Shown: positions 41,222 through 51,357, counted from the stretch's first letter. The stretch: 64,000 bases of DNA from an uncultured delta proteobacterium (GCA_963796685.1 CAWCMR010000011.1:160001-224000); one strand, 5' to 3'. Notes: generated by a model from the sequence alone, not told the origin. Numbers and translations are program-made.

Positions 41222-42472
41222 ATGGCACGTCCCAAAGTACTCAGTCTCTACACCGGCGCAGGCGGCCTGGACTATGGCTTCGAGGCAGCAGGTTTTGCGA
41301 CAAGCGTTGCTGTCGAGATGAATCATGACGCGTGCGAGACTCTCAGGGCCGCTCGGAAATGGCCCGTGATCGAGCGGAACATTTTCGACGTTCCTACCTC
41401 GGAAATGCTGGAGGCTGCTGAAACCCGACCTGGCGAGATCGATGTTCTGATTGGGGGCCCGCCATGCCAGCCGTTCTCAAAATCTGGGTACTGGGCGCGA
41501 GGCGACTCGCTGCGACTCGAGGATCCTCGTGCCGGAACCCTGGGCGCCTACCTGCGCGTCCTGCAGGAGGCGCGCCCGCGGACGTTCTTGCTTGAGAACG
41601 TGGAGGGGCTCGCCTATCGGGGCAAGGATGAAGGACTTCGGCTTTTGCTCGGCGTCATTGATGACATAAACCAGCGCACGCGCAGCCGGTACCGTCCAGT
41701 CTTCGCTGTGCTCGGTGCAGCAGACTATGGGGTGCCGCAATTCCGAAACCGCTTCGTCATGGTGGCTTCGCGAGATGGCCACCAGTTTCGGTTTCCCGAC
41801 CCAACCCACTCGGACCAACCGAGCCTCTTCGGCGATGCCTTGCCGTACCGAACCGCCTGGGATGCGTTGGCCGATGTAGAGCCCGACCCCGATGAAGATC
41901 TTGAGGTGAAGGGAAAGTGGGCTGAGCTACTGCCATCCATCCCTGAGGGGAAAAACTATCTGTTCCACACGGATCGGGACGAGGGCTTGCCACTTTTCGG
42001 TTGGCGTCGGCGATACTGGTCCTTCCTCCTGAAGCTCGCCAAGAATCGCCCCTCCTGGACCGTACAAGCGCAGCCTGGCCCCGCGGTCGGGCCGTTTCAC
42101 TGGCACAACCGTCGGCTGTCAGTCCGAGAGCTGTGCCGCCTCCAAACATTCCCCGACGACATATGGCCAGTTGGAGGCCGCACGTCGGTCCAGAGGCAGA
42201 TCGGCAATGCTGTACCGTCGTTGCTCGCCGAGGTGATCGCTCGTGCGATCCGGGTACAGCTTCTGGGTCTGTCCCGCCCCAGTGGCACTCCGAAGCTGTT
42301 GCCACTGGCTCGCTCGCCCGTACCTCCCCCTGAACCGGTGCGCCCGGTTCCGCGCCGATTCCGGTCCCTTCAGGGCCAGCACGACCCTCACCCGGGCACA
42401 GGCAGAGGATACGCGGCCTGCAAACGTGGTGAACAGGGCGAGGCCGAACAGGCTGAGGCGTCCTTGTTCTAG
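41222..42472 (+). CDS. dcm: DNA (cytosine-5)-methyltransferase
   Basis: SLYTGAGG, GGPPCQPFS, ENV, YGVPQFRNR, RLQTFPD, QIGNAVP. Confidence 0.93.
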   Translation: MARPKVLSLYTGAGGLDYGFEAAGFATSVAVEMNHDACETLRAARKWPVIERNIFDVPTSEMLEAAETRPGEIDVLIGGPPCQPFSKSGYWARGDSLRLEDPRAGTLGAYLRVLQEARPRTFLLENVEGLAYRGKDEGLRLLLGVIDDINQRTRSRYRPVFAVLGAADYGVPQFRNRFVMVASRDGHQFRFPDPTHSDQPSLFGDALPYRTAWDALADVEPDPDEDLEVKGKWAELLPSIPEGKNYLFHTDRDEGLPLFGWRRRYWSFLLKLAKNRPSWTVQAQPGPAVGPFHWHNRRLSVRELCRLQTFPDDIWPVGGRTSVQRQIGNAVPSLLAEVIARAIRVQLLGLSRPSGTPKLLPLARSPVPPPEPVRPVPRRFRSLQGQHDPHPGTGRGYAACKRGEQGEAEQAEASLF

Positions 42473-42694
42473 TTGAAGGTCCTAGACGAGACTGGCTGCG
42501 GCCTGTCAGGACTCGCTCAAATTTCAATCGTCGCGGTCTTCGAGACCAGCGGTTCTCCTTCAGCCGGAATGCTCTTGTGCCCCTGGCAGGCACCAGATAC
42601 GCCGCCCGCGAACAAGAAGGCATTATTGCCATCGCCGAGCTGGCTGACAGCAAGGTTCGGCTTCCAGAGGAGCCTGGCCTTCACATCGCTTGGG

Positions 42695-43420
42695 TCAGGT
42701 CGACACCGTGGCTCCTGCCGAATGGTCGCGGCGCTTCTCCGATTTGCTCGTGTCCAGCTTCACCTCCGCCATGTACCCCCCCACCCAACCCAGCAGGCTG
42801 GCCAGGAAACACCTCATGCTGAGGTCTTCGGCGGGCTCGACGAGCGCACCCTGTACGCCGCCCTTTCCTGGCGAGGCCAGGAGGGCGGCTGCATCGAAGA
42901 GCCTCTCGTGCGTGAGCTTGTGCAGGATTTGTTCGTAGCACGTGCCGTAGGAACCCGATTCGGTGCGGTCTTCGAAGAGCATCACCCATCCGAGCCACGG
43001 CCTCGGTCGGGTCCTGCCGAAGGCGTCTCGCCGAAATGCCGTCCACATGTCTTCCGCCATCCCGATGGTTTCCTCGATGCGCGAGCTCGTGTCGCTGGCG
43101 AGCGGTGGCACCCGTTGCGAGGTGAATTCGATGGCGGCAACGGTCCGGCCCTGGTGCACCACCAGCATGTCCCATTCCTTGGTCGGACGGAAGAAGCCGG
43201 GGATCTCCCGGTCGGAGCGGACGTAGATGGTGGCCTCGTCAAGACCGTTTTCGCGCAGGACCCAGTCGACCAACTCGCAGAAGCCGTCCATTTGCTTGCC
43301 ACCGGTGACAGCGGAGCGGCGACCATGGTCCGTCCCGACCTTCTGTTTGCCGGACTGGGCCGCGAGCGTGCGCCAGTAGTGGGCGACGGCTTTGCGTAGG
43401 CGGTCTTCGAAGGGTGGCAT
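42695..43420 (-). CDS. PaeR7I/XhoI-family restriction endonuclease homolog, apparently degenerate
   Basis: RSAVTGGKQMDGF, IPGFFRPTKEWD and PRPWLGWVML present; the catalytic ExK reads EFT. Confidence 0.75.
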   Translation of the reverse strand: MPPFEDRLRKAVAHYWRTLAAQSGKQKVGTDHGRRSAVTGGKQMDGFCELVDWVLRENGLDEATIYVRSDREIPGFFRPTKEWDMLVVHQGRTVAAIEFTSQRVPPLASDTSSRIEETIGMAEDMWTAFRRDAFGRTRPRPWLGWVMLFEDRTESGSYGTCYEQILHKLTHERLFDAAALLASPGKGGVQGALVEPAEDLSMRCFLASLLGWVGGYMAEVKLDTSKSEKRRDHSAGATVST

Positions 43421-43430
43421 TCTGGTCTCT

Positions 43431-43697
43431 CTACACGCTCTGCCGACGCTGCTGAACGTGCTCGGGAACCAGCAAGCCGCGCACGGAGAGGTCTTCGTCC
43501 AGCTTCGGCCAGTGGATGCCAACCCCGCGGCCGATGAGACGCCAGTCGCCAAGAACCTCCGGGCTGGCGTCGCGCAGCTTCGGGAACCACTCAAGCGGCA
43601 CACAGACGGTCCGGCCGTCCTCGAGATGGACCACGAGATCGCCATCGAGGATCTCCACGCTGAGGGCTCGAGGTTGCTCAGGTGCCGAAATACTCAC
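43431..43697 (-). CDS. DUF2442 domain protein
   Basis: LVVHLEDGRTVCVPLEWFPKL...GIHWPKLDEDLSVRGLL. Confidence 0.88.
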   Translation of the reverse strand: MSISAPEQPRALSVEILDGDLVVHLEDGRTVCVPLEWFPKLRDASPEVLGDWRLIGRGVGIHWPKLDEDLSVRGLLVPEHVQQRRQSV

Positions 43698-43914
43698 GCC
43701 ATTTCTCCCTGAAATCGATGCGGTGTTGAATCACCAACAATCTAGCACGTCCAAGCTCGCGAGTCCTCAGTCCGACCGCGTCGGCCAATTCGACCGGCTC
43801 GATCCAGAATTTCGCGTAGCCATCCCCGCGCTCAACGTGCACGTGCGGGGGCTCGGTCCCTTCATTGCTGAAGAAGAAAAAGCGGTAGCCTTCGACCATG
43901 AGCAAGGTCGGCAC
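43678..43914 (-). CDS. DUF4160 domain protein
   Basis: GYRFFFFSNEG.EPPHVHV...AKFWIEP...W.EYFG; GTG start; overlaps the DUF2442 start. Confidence 0.88.
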   Translation of the reverse strand: MPTLLMVEGYRFFFFSNEGTEPPHVHVERGDGYAKFWIEPVELADAVGLRTRELGRARLLVIQHRIDFREKWREYFGT

Positions 43915-44007
43915 GTCCGAAACCGTATCACAAGCAGCTATCAGAAAGTAACCAGCGCTATGCGGGATGATGGGGTCTCCCAACGCCGGCCGAAGCGCTC
44001 GTCACCA

Positions 44008-44480
44008 TCCCTCACCCTGGCCGGATTCCGGCGTCCCGGGGCGAGGGGAGCGTTACCATGCCCAGCCTGCAACCGGTGGCGTGCATCGAGGGGACGAGCG
44101 CGGCCAGGGCGTAGAAGGGCTGGAGCAAGATCGCCCACCAATGCCGGGGACCGAGGACGTACCACGGTCGAAGTGCAGTCGTGATGCTCCTTCCATGGCA
44201 TCCCCTGTCCCCTCCCTGTTACCGAGACGGCCCCTCACCCTGTCCCTCTCCCCGGCTGGCGCCGGGGCGAGGGGACCTTGTTGTTGGATCTCCCACGGGC
44301 ATGGGCTCTTCCCGCCTTGCCCGAAAGTACCGTCGGTCGGCTGGCGCCGCTGGCGCCGGGGCGAGGGGACCTTGCTGTTGGATCTATCCTCGGGCATGGG
44401 GTCTCCTCGCCTCGCCCGAACGAGCTCCCTCGCCCCGCGTAGCGCAGCGAAGCGGGGAGAGGGCTGGGGAGAGGGGGAGC
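44008..44480. repeat. Cluster of REP-like palindromes with a 37-bp direct repeat
   Basis: ccctcaccct...ggggcgagggg units; gctggcgccggggcgaggggaccttg(t/c)tgttggatct at 44255 and 44349; inverted unit at ~44416-44478. Confidence 0.65.
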
Positions 44481-44487
44481 TCGCCGG

Positions 44488-45675
44488 TTACCGTTTGGTG
44501 GCGGCTGGCGGGTCGGCGTCTCGTTTGCGAATGCGCAGCGAGACGGTGCTGGGTGAGATGCTCACGACCTCGACGCCTGCCGGGGCGCTGGTGTGAACGT
44601 GGAAGATGTGGAAACCGCTGCTGCTGCCCGAGACGTCGATGTAGGCCTCCACCGCATCCGGCGCGGTCAAATCCAGCTCGCGGCTGGAGCTGCGCAACTG
44701 GACGGCGATGCTGGTGGTCCGCGGCGGGTCGAAGCGCAGGCCGTCGCTGACGCCGCGGATTTCCAAGGGCACCATGCGGCCGACCTCGTGCGAACGATCC
44801 GAGGCGATGGCGGCCCACGCGGTGACGACACCCAGAAAGATCAGCGGGTACGCGAACGCATCGAGCGCGCGACGGCGGCGTTCGGGCGCGCTGGGTTTGG
44901 TTGCTTTGTGGTTCGTGCACAGTCGCTCGATGGTGTCGCGCAGCTCGGTCTCGCCGGGCACCGGAACCAATTCGCCGTCGTAGGCGACCATGACGGTATG
45001 CCGTTCTTCACTGACACAAACGACGACGGCGTCCGTGACGCTGGCCAGGCCCAGGGCCGCGCGGTGCCGGGTGCCGTGGCGAGGGTCACCGGTCTCGGTG
45101 GCGAGCGGGAGGACGGCGCCGGCGCGCGCCAGGCGGTCGTTGACGACCAACACCGCGCCGTCATGCAGGGGGGCGGTCGAGGTGAACACGGTCTCGATGA
45201 GGGCCGACGAGAGGTGGGCGTCGATGGCGGTGCCGCCGCTGAGGTGCTCGCCGACCCAATCGTGACGTGGCAGGGCGATCAGGGCCCCCTTGCCTGCGGC
45301 GGCAAGCGCGAAGGCGGCTTCGGCGATGACCTCCGACGGACCCACCGGCAACTGCTTGCGGTGCCAGTTGCTGATCCAGCGTACCGGACTGACCCGACCG
45401 AGCCCTCGCCGGATCTCGCGCTGAAACACCACCACCAGCACCACGGTCGCCACCGCGCCGACCGCGGACAGGAGGTAGGAAGTCAAGATCAGCCCGAAGT
45501 GATTGGACACCCAGGAGCCCACGAGAAGGGTGACCATGGCGAAGGAGATCTGGACCGCGATGGTCCGGCGCATCCACGAGTAGACCCATGAGAAGATGGC
45601 GGTCAACAGCAGGATATCGGCGCAGTCCTGCCAGCGTATGCCGCGAATCAGCGTGGAGATGAATTCCCCGAACAT
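44488..45675 (-). CDS. cdaA: Diadenylate cyclase CdaA with a fused C-terminal YbbR-like domain
   Basis: Three N-terminal TMs, VVFQREIRRGL, LHDGAV, GTRHRAA, VSEE; then a TM helix and VPLEIRG...VEVVSISPSTV. Confidence 0.85.
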   Translation of the reverse strand: MFGEFISTLIRGIRWQDCADILLLTAIFSWVYSWMRRTIAVQISFAMVTLLVGSWVSNHFGLILTSYLLSAVGAVATVVLVVVFQREIRRGLGRVSPVRWISNWHRKQLPVGPSEVIAEAAFALAAAGKGALIALPRHDWVGEHLSGGTAIDAHLSSALIETVFTSTAPLHDGAVLVVNDRLARAGAVLPLATETGDPRHGTRHRAALGLASVTDAVVVCVSEERHTVMVAYDGELVPVPGETELRDTIERLCTNHKATKPSAPERRRRALDAFAYPLIFLGVVTAWAAIASDRSHEVGRMVPLEIRGVSDGLRFDPPRTTSIAVQLRSSSRELDLTAPDAVEAYIDVSGSSSGFHIFHVHTSAPAGVEVVSISPSTVSLRIRKRDADPPAATKR

Positions 45676-45848
45676 CGTACGACATCGTACACACGTGCAA
45701 CATTGTCGGAAGGGTTCTTTGTAACGATCTCGTCAAGGGGTCCTCAGGCGCCCCGCGGCGTCGCCGCGCTTGCCGCGGGATCAGGGTTTCGCTTGCCCCG
45801 ATTCTGACTACCGGCTATGGCGGTGGAACTGCCCAAAGGAGAAGGAGC

Positions 45849-46667
45849 ATGATGAGTAGCGCCGTGTTGGACGTTGCCCTGGGGATGATGTTTTGTTATG
45901 GCTCGCTCGCTTTCATTGCAAGCTACCTCTACGAGAGTGGCGCCTCGCTCTGGAAATTGCGTGCCAGGTCGCTCCTCGGCGGGGTCAAGGAGCTCCTCGG
46001 GGATCCGGACTTGAACGGGTTGGCCTTGGACATCTACAAGCACGCCCAGGTCAACCCGAGGCTGGGCGGACTCGACGGCCCCTTGCGTGCGCGCACGTTG
46101 CCCTCGTACATACCGTCGCGCTCGTTCGCCATCGCTTTGATTGATACCCTTCAGGGCGTTCCCGGCAACGTCACCGCCCTGCAAAGCAGGATCGACCAGA
46201 CCGTGAAAAACGAAAGGCTCAAGCGCCTCCTCACGGACATGGTCGATCGCGCGCAAGGGGACCTGGAGAAGCTGACCGACGAGGTCGCGCGCTGGTTCGA
46301 TGCGGGCATGGACCGGGTGTCGGGCGTGTACAAGCGCTTGTCCCAGCTCTGGACCTTCCTCATCGGGGTCGCTCTGGCGGCTCTGTTCAACATCGATACC
46401 TTGCGGCTGTTCAGCGCGCTTTGGCGACGATCCGGGCTGGCCAGTCAGACGGCCTCCGTCGAGCCCGCGACGGCTGCGGAGGCGGCCCGACGACTGGCTG
46501 AGCTGCCGCTTGGTTGGGGGGACGGGTACGAGCTCACCTATCTCACGTTCTTGGGGTGGATCTTGACGGCGTCCACGGTCATCTTCGGCGCGCCCTTCTG
46601 GTTCGATCTGCTGAGGAAGCTCAGCAACATCCGCGGCGTTGGTCTCAAACCGAACGAGAAAAGGTAG
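45849..46667 (+). CDS. Conserved hypothetical membrane protein
   Basis: LDVALGM, PSYIPS, WFDAGMDRVSGVYKR, FGAPFWFDLL; RBS aggag. Confidence 0.78.
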   Translation: MMSSAVLDVALGMMFCYGSLAFIASYLYESGASLWKLRARSLLGGVKELLGDPDLNGLALDIYKHAQVNPRLGGLDGPLRARTLPSYIPSRSFAIALIDTLQGVPGNVTALQSRIDQTVKNERLKRLLTDMVDRAQGDLEKLTDEVARWFDAGMDRVSGVYKRLSQLWTFLIGVALAALFNIDTLRLFSALWRRSGLASQTASVEPATAAEAARRLAELPLGWGDGYELTYLTFLGWILTASTVIFGAPFWFDLLRKLSNIRGVGLKPNEKR

Positions 46668-46758
46668 GAAGTCGTGGCCGAGGGCTCGATGAGCCCTTCC
46701 ATGGGAAACGATGCCACCATCTGGAGCGTCGGAGGCGATGCCGGGTCACAATCTGAAG

Positions 46759-48987
46759 CTAATCCTCGCACCCGCGGACGGCCGCGGCGCCGGGGAGCGG
46801 ATCGGGGCAGGTTCGACACTGCATTCCGACCTTGGTGCCGGCAGGGAGTGGGGCGGCGATGATTTCAGCTGCAGTACGCAAGACATCGATCATTTGTCCA
46901 TTTCCGGGGCACTTGTCGAAGTCGCTGGTCAACTGCCAGCAGTCGGCTGCGATACTGCCGCTTGACGCGCCGGAGGGGCACTGAGGAAGACCCACCGGAT
47001 CTTCGCTATAGGTTACTTGGATTGGGCTGTTGGGATTGGGATTGACTACCGGCACGCGGTAGGTCACGCGGCAGTCAGGTTGGACGCCGGGCGTGGCGCT
47101 GTCGGTGTCGAGCAACTTGTAGGGGACGCACAGGTTCTGAAGCTTCTTGGCGACCGCGTTGCCGATGGTCTTCATCGCGTCCGTGAAGTCGGGCTCGCAG
47201 ATGCTGAGCTTGAAACCGTTGGCGCCGAATTCGTCGACGAACGCGGATTCACGCAAACCACCCGTGGCGCCCCAGCCCGCCGCCGTGGCGTCGAAACCCG
47301 TGGCAGGATCCGTGGTTGCGGGCGAGGGCAGGTGTTTGGGGTCGTAGCAGACCGGCCAGTAATCGTACACGGTGGGATGCTGGGTGTCCGCGGCGTTGGG
47401 GTTGGGAACAGGGGCGATCTTGTATTGAGCGCTGGCCATGTCCGCATCGCTGCGCGGCCAGCCGAAGATGCCGGCGACGAGAATTTGGTTGTCCGGGTCC
47501 TCCTTGAGAGACTTGATTTCATCGGCGAGCCGATGGATGTCCTTGAGCGGGCTGCAGTCGGTCGGGACCGAGGTGTCGGTGCTGGTGCCAGAGCCATCGG
47601 TCGGGTTGGGACAACTGTCGGTTCTGGCCTGGCAATCGTTGAAGGGATGGCTGAAGGATGCGGTCGTCGGATACCCCGGCGGCGGGCTGGTGAGATTCTC
47701 GCCACCACAGCTATGGGCCCGGGTGGCACAACGCAAGCTGGTCGATTCTCCGCCCAGCTCGGGCTTGTCGCCGAACATACCGTCGCTCGTGGCCGCCGAG
47801 CAGTCGTCCTCGTCAGTCAGGAAGATCAGGCCGAGGTAGGCATTGGGACGCAACATCAGCTGCTGCTGCTCATTGCCTATCGTCTTCTCGACCAGGGCAA
47901 ATTCGAAGGCCTGGAGTTGGTGCTCTTCGCCGCAGCCCAGGGTACCAACGCCGCCGGCCAAACAGGCGAAGACGGTGCTGATGTCCCCGGTGTAGCTCAC
48001 CGGCTGCCCATGGGAATACTCGAGCCACAGCGCACTGGCGCTGGTCACACCGCAACCTTGCGCGTTGATCATCTGGAACCTGCCCAGATCGCCAAAGTTG
48101 CTGATTGTCCCGTCGGACAGGGTCTTGGGACCGCAGGCGCCGCTGCTATACGCGCCCCCGGTCCCGAGATCGCCGTCGATGATCGCAACGCGCAAGTCGG
48201 GCAGGCTGCCGTCGTTGGGATCCTTGAGCGCATCGATCAGCTTCGGGAACTGGGCGTTCAGCTTGCTGACCTTTGGGGCCATGGATGGCGAGTTGTCCAC
48301 CATGGTCACGATGTCGACCAGGCGAGTAGGCGCGATGCTGATGTACATATCCGTCTGCTGGCCCACCCCCGTCACGCCGCTTACCGATGGGTCGGCGCAG
48401 GTCATGCCCGCCCCCCCTTGACAGGCAATGGGCGTCGGCAGACCTTCAGGCCCCAAGAAGTCCTTGCACATACAAAGCTTCTGGCAGCAGACGGGACCCT
48501 TCACGAAAGGAATGCCGCAGGCGAAGCCCTGCACACACCGCTGGTCGAGAGGGTTGGTCGGGTCACGCAGCTCACCGTCGCAGTCGCTGTCGTACGAGCA
48601 GCCTGCAGAGCAGGTGGCTTGTGTGGGCGGATTGGGTATCGTGGCCGCTGTCGGCTGCACCACCGGCTTGAGACAAAGGTTGCTGGGACACTCGGCGGCG
48701 CTGGCGTTGTACACAGCTTGGGATGGCGACGCGCTCACCGAAAGATCGCACGGACGTCCGATCGCATTTGCGGCCGCGATGCTAAGGGTGTCGGTGGGCG
48801 CATCGGCATGTGCGCCGGCATCACTTGCTGCGCAAGATTCCCCGGCTGCCAGACACCGGTTCGTAGCCGTGCAACAGCCGAAGTCCGCTGCGCAGGGGCA
48901 GGGCTTGCCTTCAAGAGGAACACTACCCACGCAAGCTGCAAGCAACAGCGACAGCGAAGCCCAGAGAAGAGATTTTGCATGGTTCAT
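46759..48987 (-). CDS. Large Cys-rich lipoprotein with vWA-like domain
   Basis: Lipobox LLAAC, VDIVTMVDNSPSM, GCGEEHQL, FLTDEDDCS. Confidence 0.8.
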   Translation of the reverse strand: MNHAKSLLWASLSLLLAACVGSVPLEGKPCPCAADFGCCTATNRCLAAGESCAASDAGAHADAPTDTLSIAAANAIGRPCDLSVSASPSQAVYNASAAECPSNLCLKPVVQPTAATIPNPPTQATCSAGCSYDSDCDGELRDPTNPLDQRCVQGFACGIPFVKGPVCCQKLCMCKDFLGPEGLPTPIACQGGAGMTCADPSVSGVTGVGQQTDMYISIAPTRLVDIVTMVDNSPSMAPKVSKLNAQFPKLIDALKDPNDGSLPDLRVAIIDGDLGTGGAYSSGACGPKTLSDGTISNFGDLGRFQMINAQGCGVTSASALWLEYSHGQPVSYTGDISTVFACLAGGVGTLGCGEEHQLQAFEFALVEKTIGNEQQQLMLRPNAYLGLIFLTDEDDCSAATSDGMFGDKPELGGESTSLRCATRAHSCGGENLTSPPPGYPTTASFSHPFNDCQARTDSCPNPTDGSGTSTDTSVPTDCSPLKDIHRLADEIKSLKEDPDNQILVAGIFGWPRSDADMASAQYKIAPVPNPNAADTQHPTVYDYWPVCYDPKHLPSPATTDPATGFDATAAGWGATGGLRESAFVDEFGANGFKLSICEPDFTDAMKTIGNAVAKKLQNLCVPYKLLDTDSATPGVQPDCRVTYRVPVVNPNPNSPIQVTYSEDPVGLPQCPSGASSGSIAADCWQLTSDFDKCPGNGQMIDVLRTAAEIIAAPLPAGTKVGMQCRTCPDPLPGAAAVRGCED

Positions 48988-49045
48988 GTCGAAGAGTCCT
49001 CCAGTACTGGGAACGAACCGGCCTGTGCTTTCGGACAATCATTTC

Positions 49046-50578
49046 TCAGAAATGACCCAAGAACCGAATCTCGCCCAAGCCAACTTCAATCTGCGGCGAT
49101 GGCGGATCGTCCTGTGGCTTTGTTTTGCGTCCCGTGAGAATCCAGGTCACCACACCTGCGGTAAGCGCCGCTCCCGAAACGGCAAAGACCACCGCGGCCC
49201 CCACATTGCGCGCGTGAATGCCATCGTTGAGCTGGGCCGCTCGCAGTTGGGATGAGCCCGGTGCCTCGTCGCGCAGTCGCGAGGCATCCCAGAGCAGGAG
49301 CCCACCCGCCACCGCACCCGCGGCCGCGGCGACGCCGCTGGACCACAGCACGACCTTGCGCATGGAGATGGGCCGGGCAGGAGGCGGTGGGCGTTGCACG
49401 ACCACCAGGTCTTCCGTGGCGCGATCGAAGGGCAAAGAAAAAATCAGGCTGAAGGCGTGGTGGGCCGCTCCACGCTCCGTGACACGTGGATCGGCGAATT
49501 GCGAGGCCTCGAGCGCGAGGCTCGCGTCGGAGGCCGGCACGGTCAGCTCCTTGTCGTCTTCCAGGTTCCGCACGTAAAGAAGACTTGCGCCGCCGGGGCG
49601 CACCAGGCGAACCTCCCGTCCCTTGGCGTTGTGGAAATCCAGGAACCGCACGCCTCGTTGATCCTCGATCAGGTAGTGCGCCGAGGGGAAATCTTCGCCG
49701 ATGGCAAGCGTGCGCCCGAGCCCGGGTCTGAGATCCAGCAATTGCGTCGACGCCGCCGAGGCGCGGGCGAACACGTGCGGACGAAATTTCTCGTTCACGA
49801 TGGCCTGGTTCGCGCGATCGAGAAAGGACGAGATCTCGGCGTAGGTGATGCTTCCGTCGCCGTCCAGATCGGCCGCACCGTACAAACCCGAGCGCACTTC
49901 ATGGCTGAAGATGCCGGCCTGGAAGGCTTCCCACTCGTGGCTCTCGGTGCCGGACGAGGTGGACAGCAGCAGACCGAGATTCTTTCGCCGTCCCAATTCG
50001 GACGTGACGGAGAAGCCCTGCACTTTGCGGCGCTCGCCCCCCGGACCACGTTCACCGACCAGGAGGTAGGAGTAACAAGCGTCCACGATGAGGTGGTTCT
50101 GGTCCGCGGCGATGGGGTCGAGGATCTCCCTTGCGAGTTGATCCCCCGACAGCCGTGCGTCCTCCAGGGTCAGGTACGAGCTGTCCCCGTCCACGTTGCC
50201 ATGTCCGGCGTACAGCACGTAGAGCGTGGTTTTCACCCCACGTTCATGGGCCGTCGCGATCTCCGCGGCGAGCTCCGCGACGGCCTTGACGAGTGAAGCG
50301 CGGGTAGGCGGCAAGGACTCCGCTGCGGCCTGCGGCGACAAGGCCGTGGTCTCGCGATCCAGGCGCGCCAGCAACTCGGTCCTGGCGCCGAGCGCGCGAA
50401 ACAGCTCCTGGTATCGGACAGCGTCGTCGTCGGCATAGAGCAAGGTCTTGAGATCGGCGTCCACGCTGCGATTCACACCCATGATCAGGGCGAAAACCGC
50501 GTTGCGCGGTGGTGGCTCGGCCCCCCGGACAGGCCCCACCCAAAGCAGACACAGCGCTGTCAGGAAGAAGGCTCTCAC
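49046..50578 (-). CDS. Exported caspase-family (peptidase C14) protein with C-terminal TM helices
   Basis: Signal peptide, YAGHG, VDACYS, GAADLDGDGSIT; GTGA overlap with the anti-sigma stop. Confidence 0.85.
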   Translation of the reverse strand: MRAFFLTALCLLWVGPVRGAEPPPRNAVFALIMGVNRSVDADLKTLLYADDDAVRYQELFRALGARTELLARLDRETTALSPQAAAESLPPTRASLVKAVAELAAEIATAHERGVKTTLYVLYAGHGNVDGDSSYLTLEDARLSGDQLAREILDPIAADQNHLIVDACYSYLLVGERGPGGERRKVQGFSVTSELGRRKNLGLLLSTSSGTESHEWEAFQAGIFSHEVRSGLYGAADLDGDGSITYAEISSFLDRANQAIVNEKFRPHVFARASAASTQLLDLRPGLGRTLAIGEDFPSAHYLIEDQRGVRFLDFHNAKGREVRLVRPGGASLLYVRNLEDDKELTVPASDASLALEASQFADPRVTERGAAHHAFSLIFSLPFDRATEDLVVVQRPPPPARPISMRKVVLWSSGVAAAAGAVAGGLLLWDASRLRDEAPGSSQLRAAQLNDGIHARNVGAAVVFAVSGAALTAGVVTWILTGRKTKPQDDPPSPQIEVGLGEIRFLGHF

Positions 50579-51357
50579 GGACGCACCTCGAACACCAGGG
50601 TACGCAAGACTTCGCCGGCGGCGGTATCGGGTGTCAGAGGGCCGTGGGCGACCCTGTCCTCGACCGAGCGCACGTCGAGCGGCTTGTCCATGAACAGCGC
50701 GTATACGGTGAGCGACGGACCTTGCAAGGGCTGGCGCACGGCCTCGGGCAACTCCTTGAATCCAACTTGCCTCGTGATGGGTACGGCCGTCGGATTGTCC
50801 GCGGGATCCGTCCAGGCCGGGTGGTACCAGGCCACGTGACCGGCTCCATCGATGGCGAAGATCATGAGGAAAGACTTGCCCACTTCGTTGCGATAGGCAA
50901 AGGCCAATTCGTCCCCGGGGGAAACGATGTCCGTCGCGCGCACCGAGTCCTGTTCGCCTTTCACGCGGAAGACCGCAACCTCCGGTTTCTCCGTGCCTTC
51001 GATGGCCATTCCGCGTGCCGTGATCGCATGCCCTGGAAGCGTGGCGGGACGGGAAGAAGTGCCGACGAGCAACAAGATCACCGCTCCCACCATGGATGCG
51101 ACCCCGAGTCCCCATTGCAGGACACGGCGGTGAGGCCGCTTCGCCTCCGAGGGCAGACCGAGCGCCGCTGCCAGGCGCTCGCGCGGCGCGAGTCGCTCGG
51201 CCCCCAGCCTCTCCACAGCCAGATAGGACTCGTAGGCCGCGCGGCAGTCCGCGCACGCCGGCAGGTGGGTGCGCAAGCGTGCCTCGTCGGCCGGGGAAAG
51301 CCCCTTGCCAAAATGTCCGTCCACCAGTCTTCGCAAGTCATCGTGGCTCGTGCTCAT
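50575..51357 (-). CDS. zf-HC2 anti-sigma factor
   Basis: HLPACADC (HxxxCxxC), a TM helix, ARG and a periplasmic domain. Confidence 0.82.
   Translation of the reverse strand: MSTSHDDLRRLVDGHFGKGLSPADEARLRTHLPACADCRAAYESYLAVERLGAERLAPRERLAAALGLPSEAKRPHRRVLQWGLGVASMVGAVILLLVGTSSRPATLPGHAITARGMAIEGTEKPEVAVFRVKGEQDSVRATDIVSPGDELAFAYRNEVGKSFLMIFAIDGAGHVAWYHPAWTDPADNPTAVPITRQVGFKELPEAVRQPLQGPSLTVYALFMDKPLDVRSVEDRVAHGPLTPDTAAGEVLRTLVFEVRP

Noticed and set aside
42473-42694. Additional gene between dcm and the PaeR7I-like gene
   Set aside because: Only a short stop-interrupted coding-like fragment; no family recognised.
44488-46667. CBASS-like cyclic-nucleotide defence (cyclase plus TM effector)
   Set aside because: The cyclase is a CdaA-type DAC with membrane anchors, not a CD-NTase, and the membrane gene is divergently transcribed with no recognisable nucleotide sensor.
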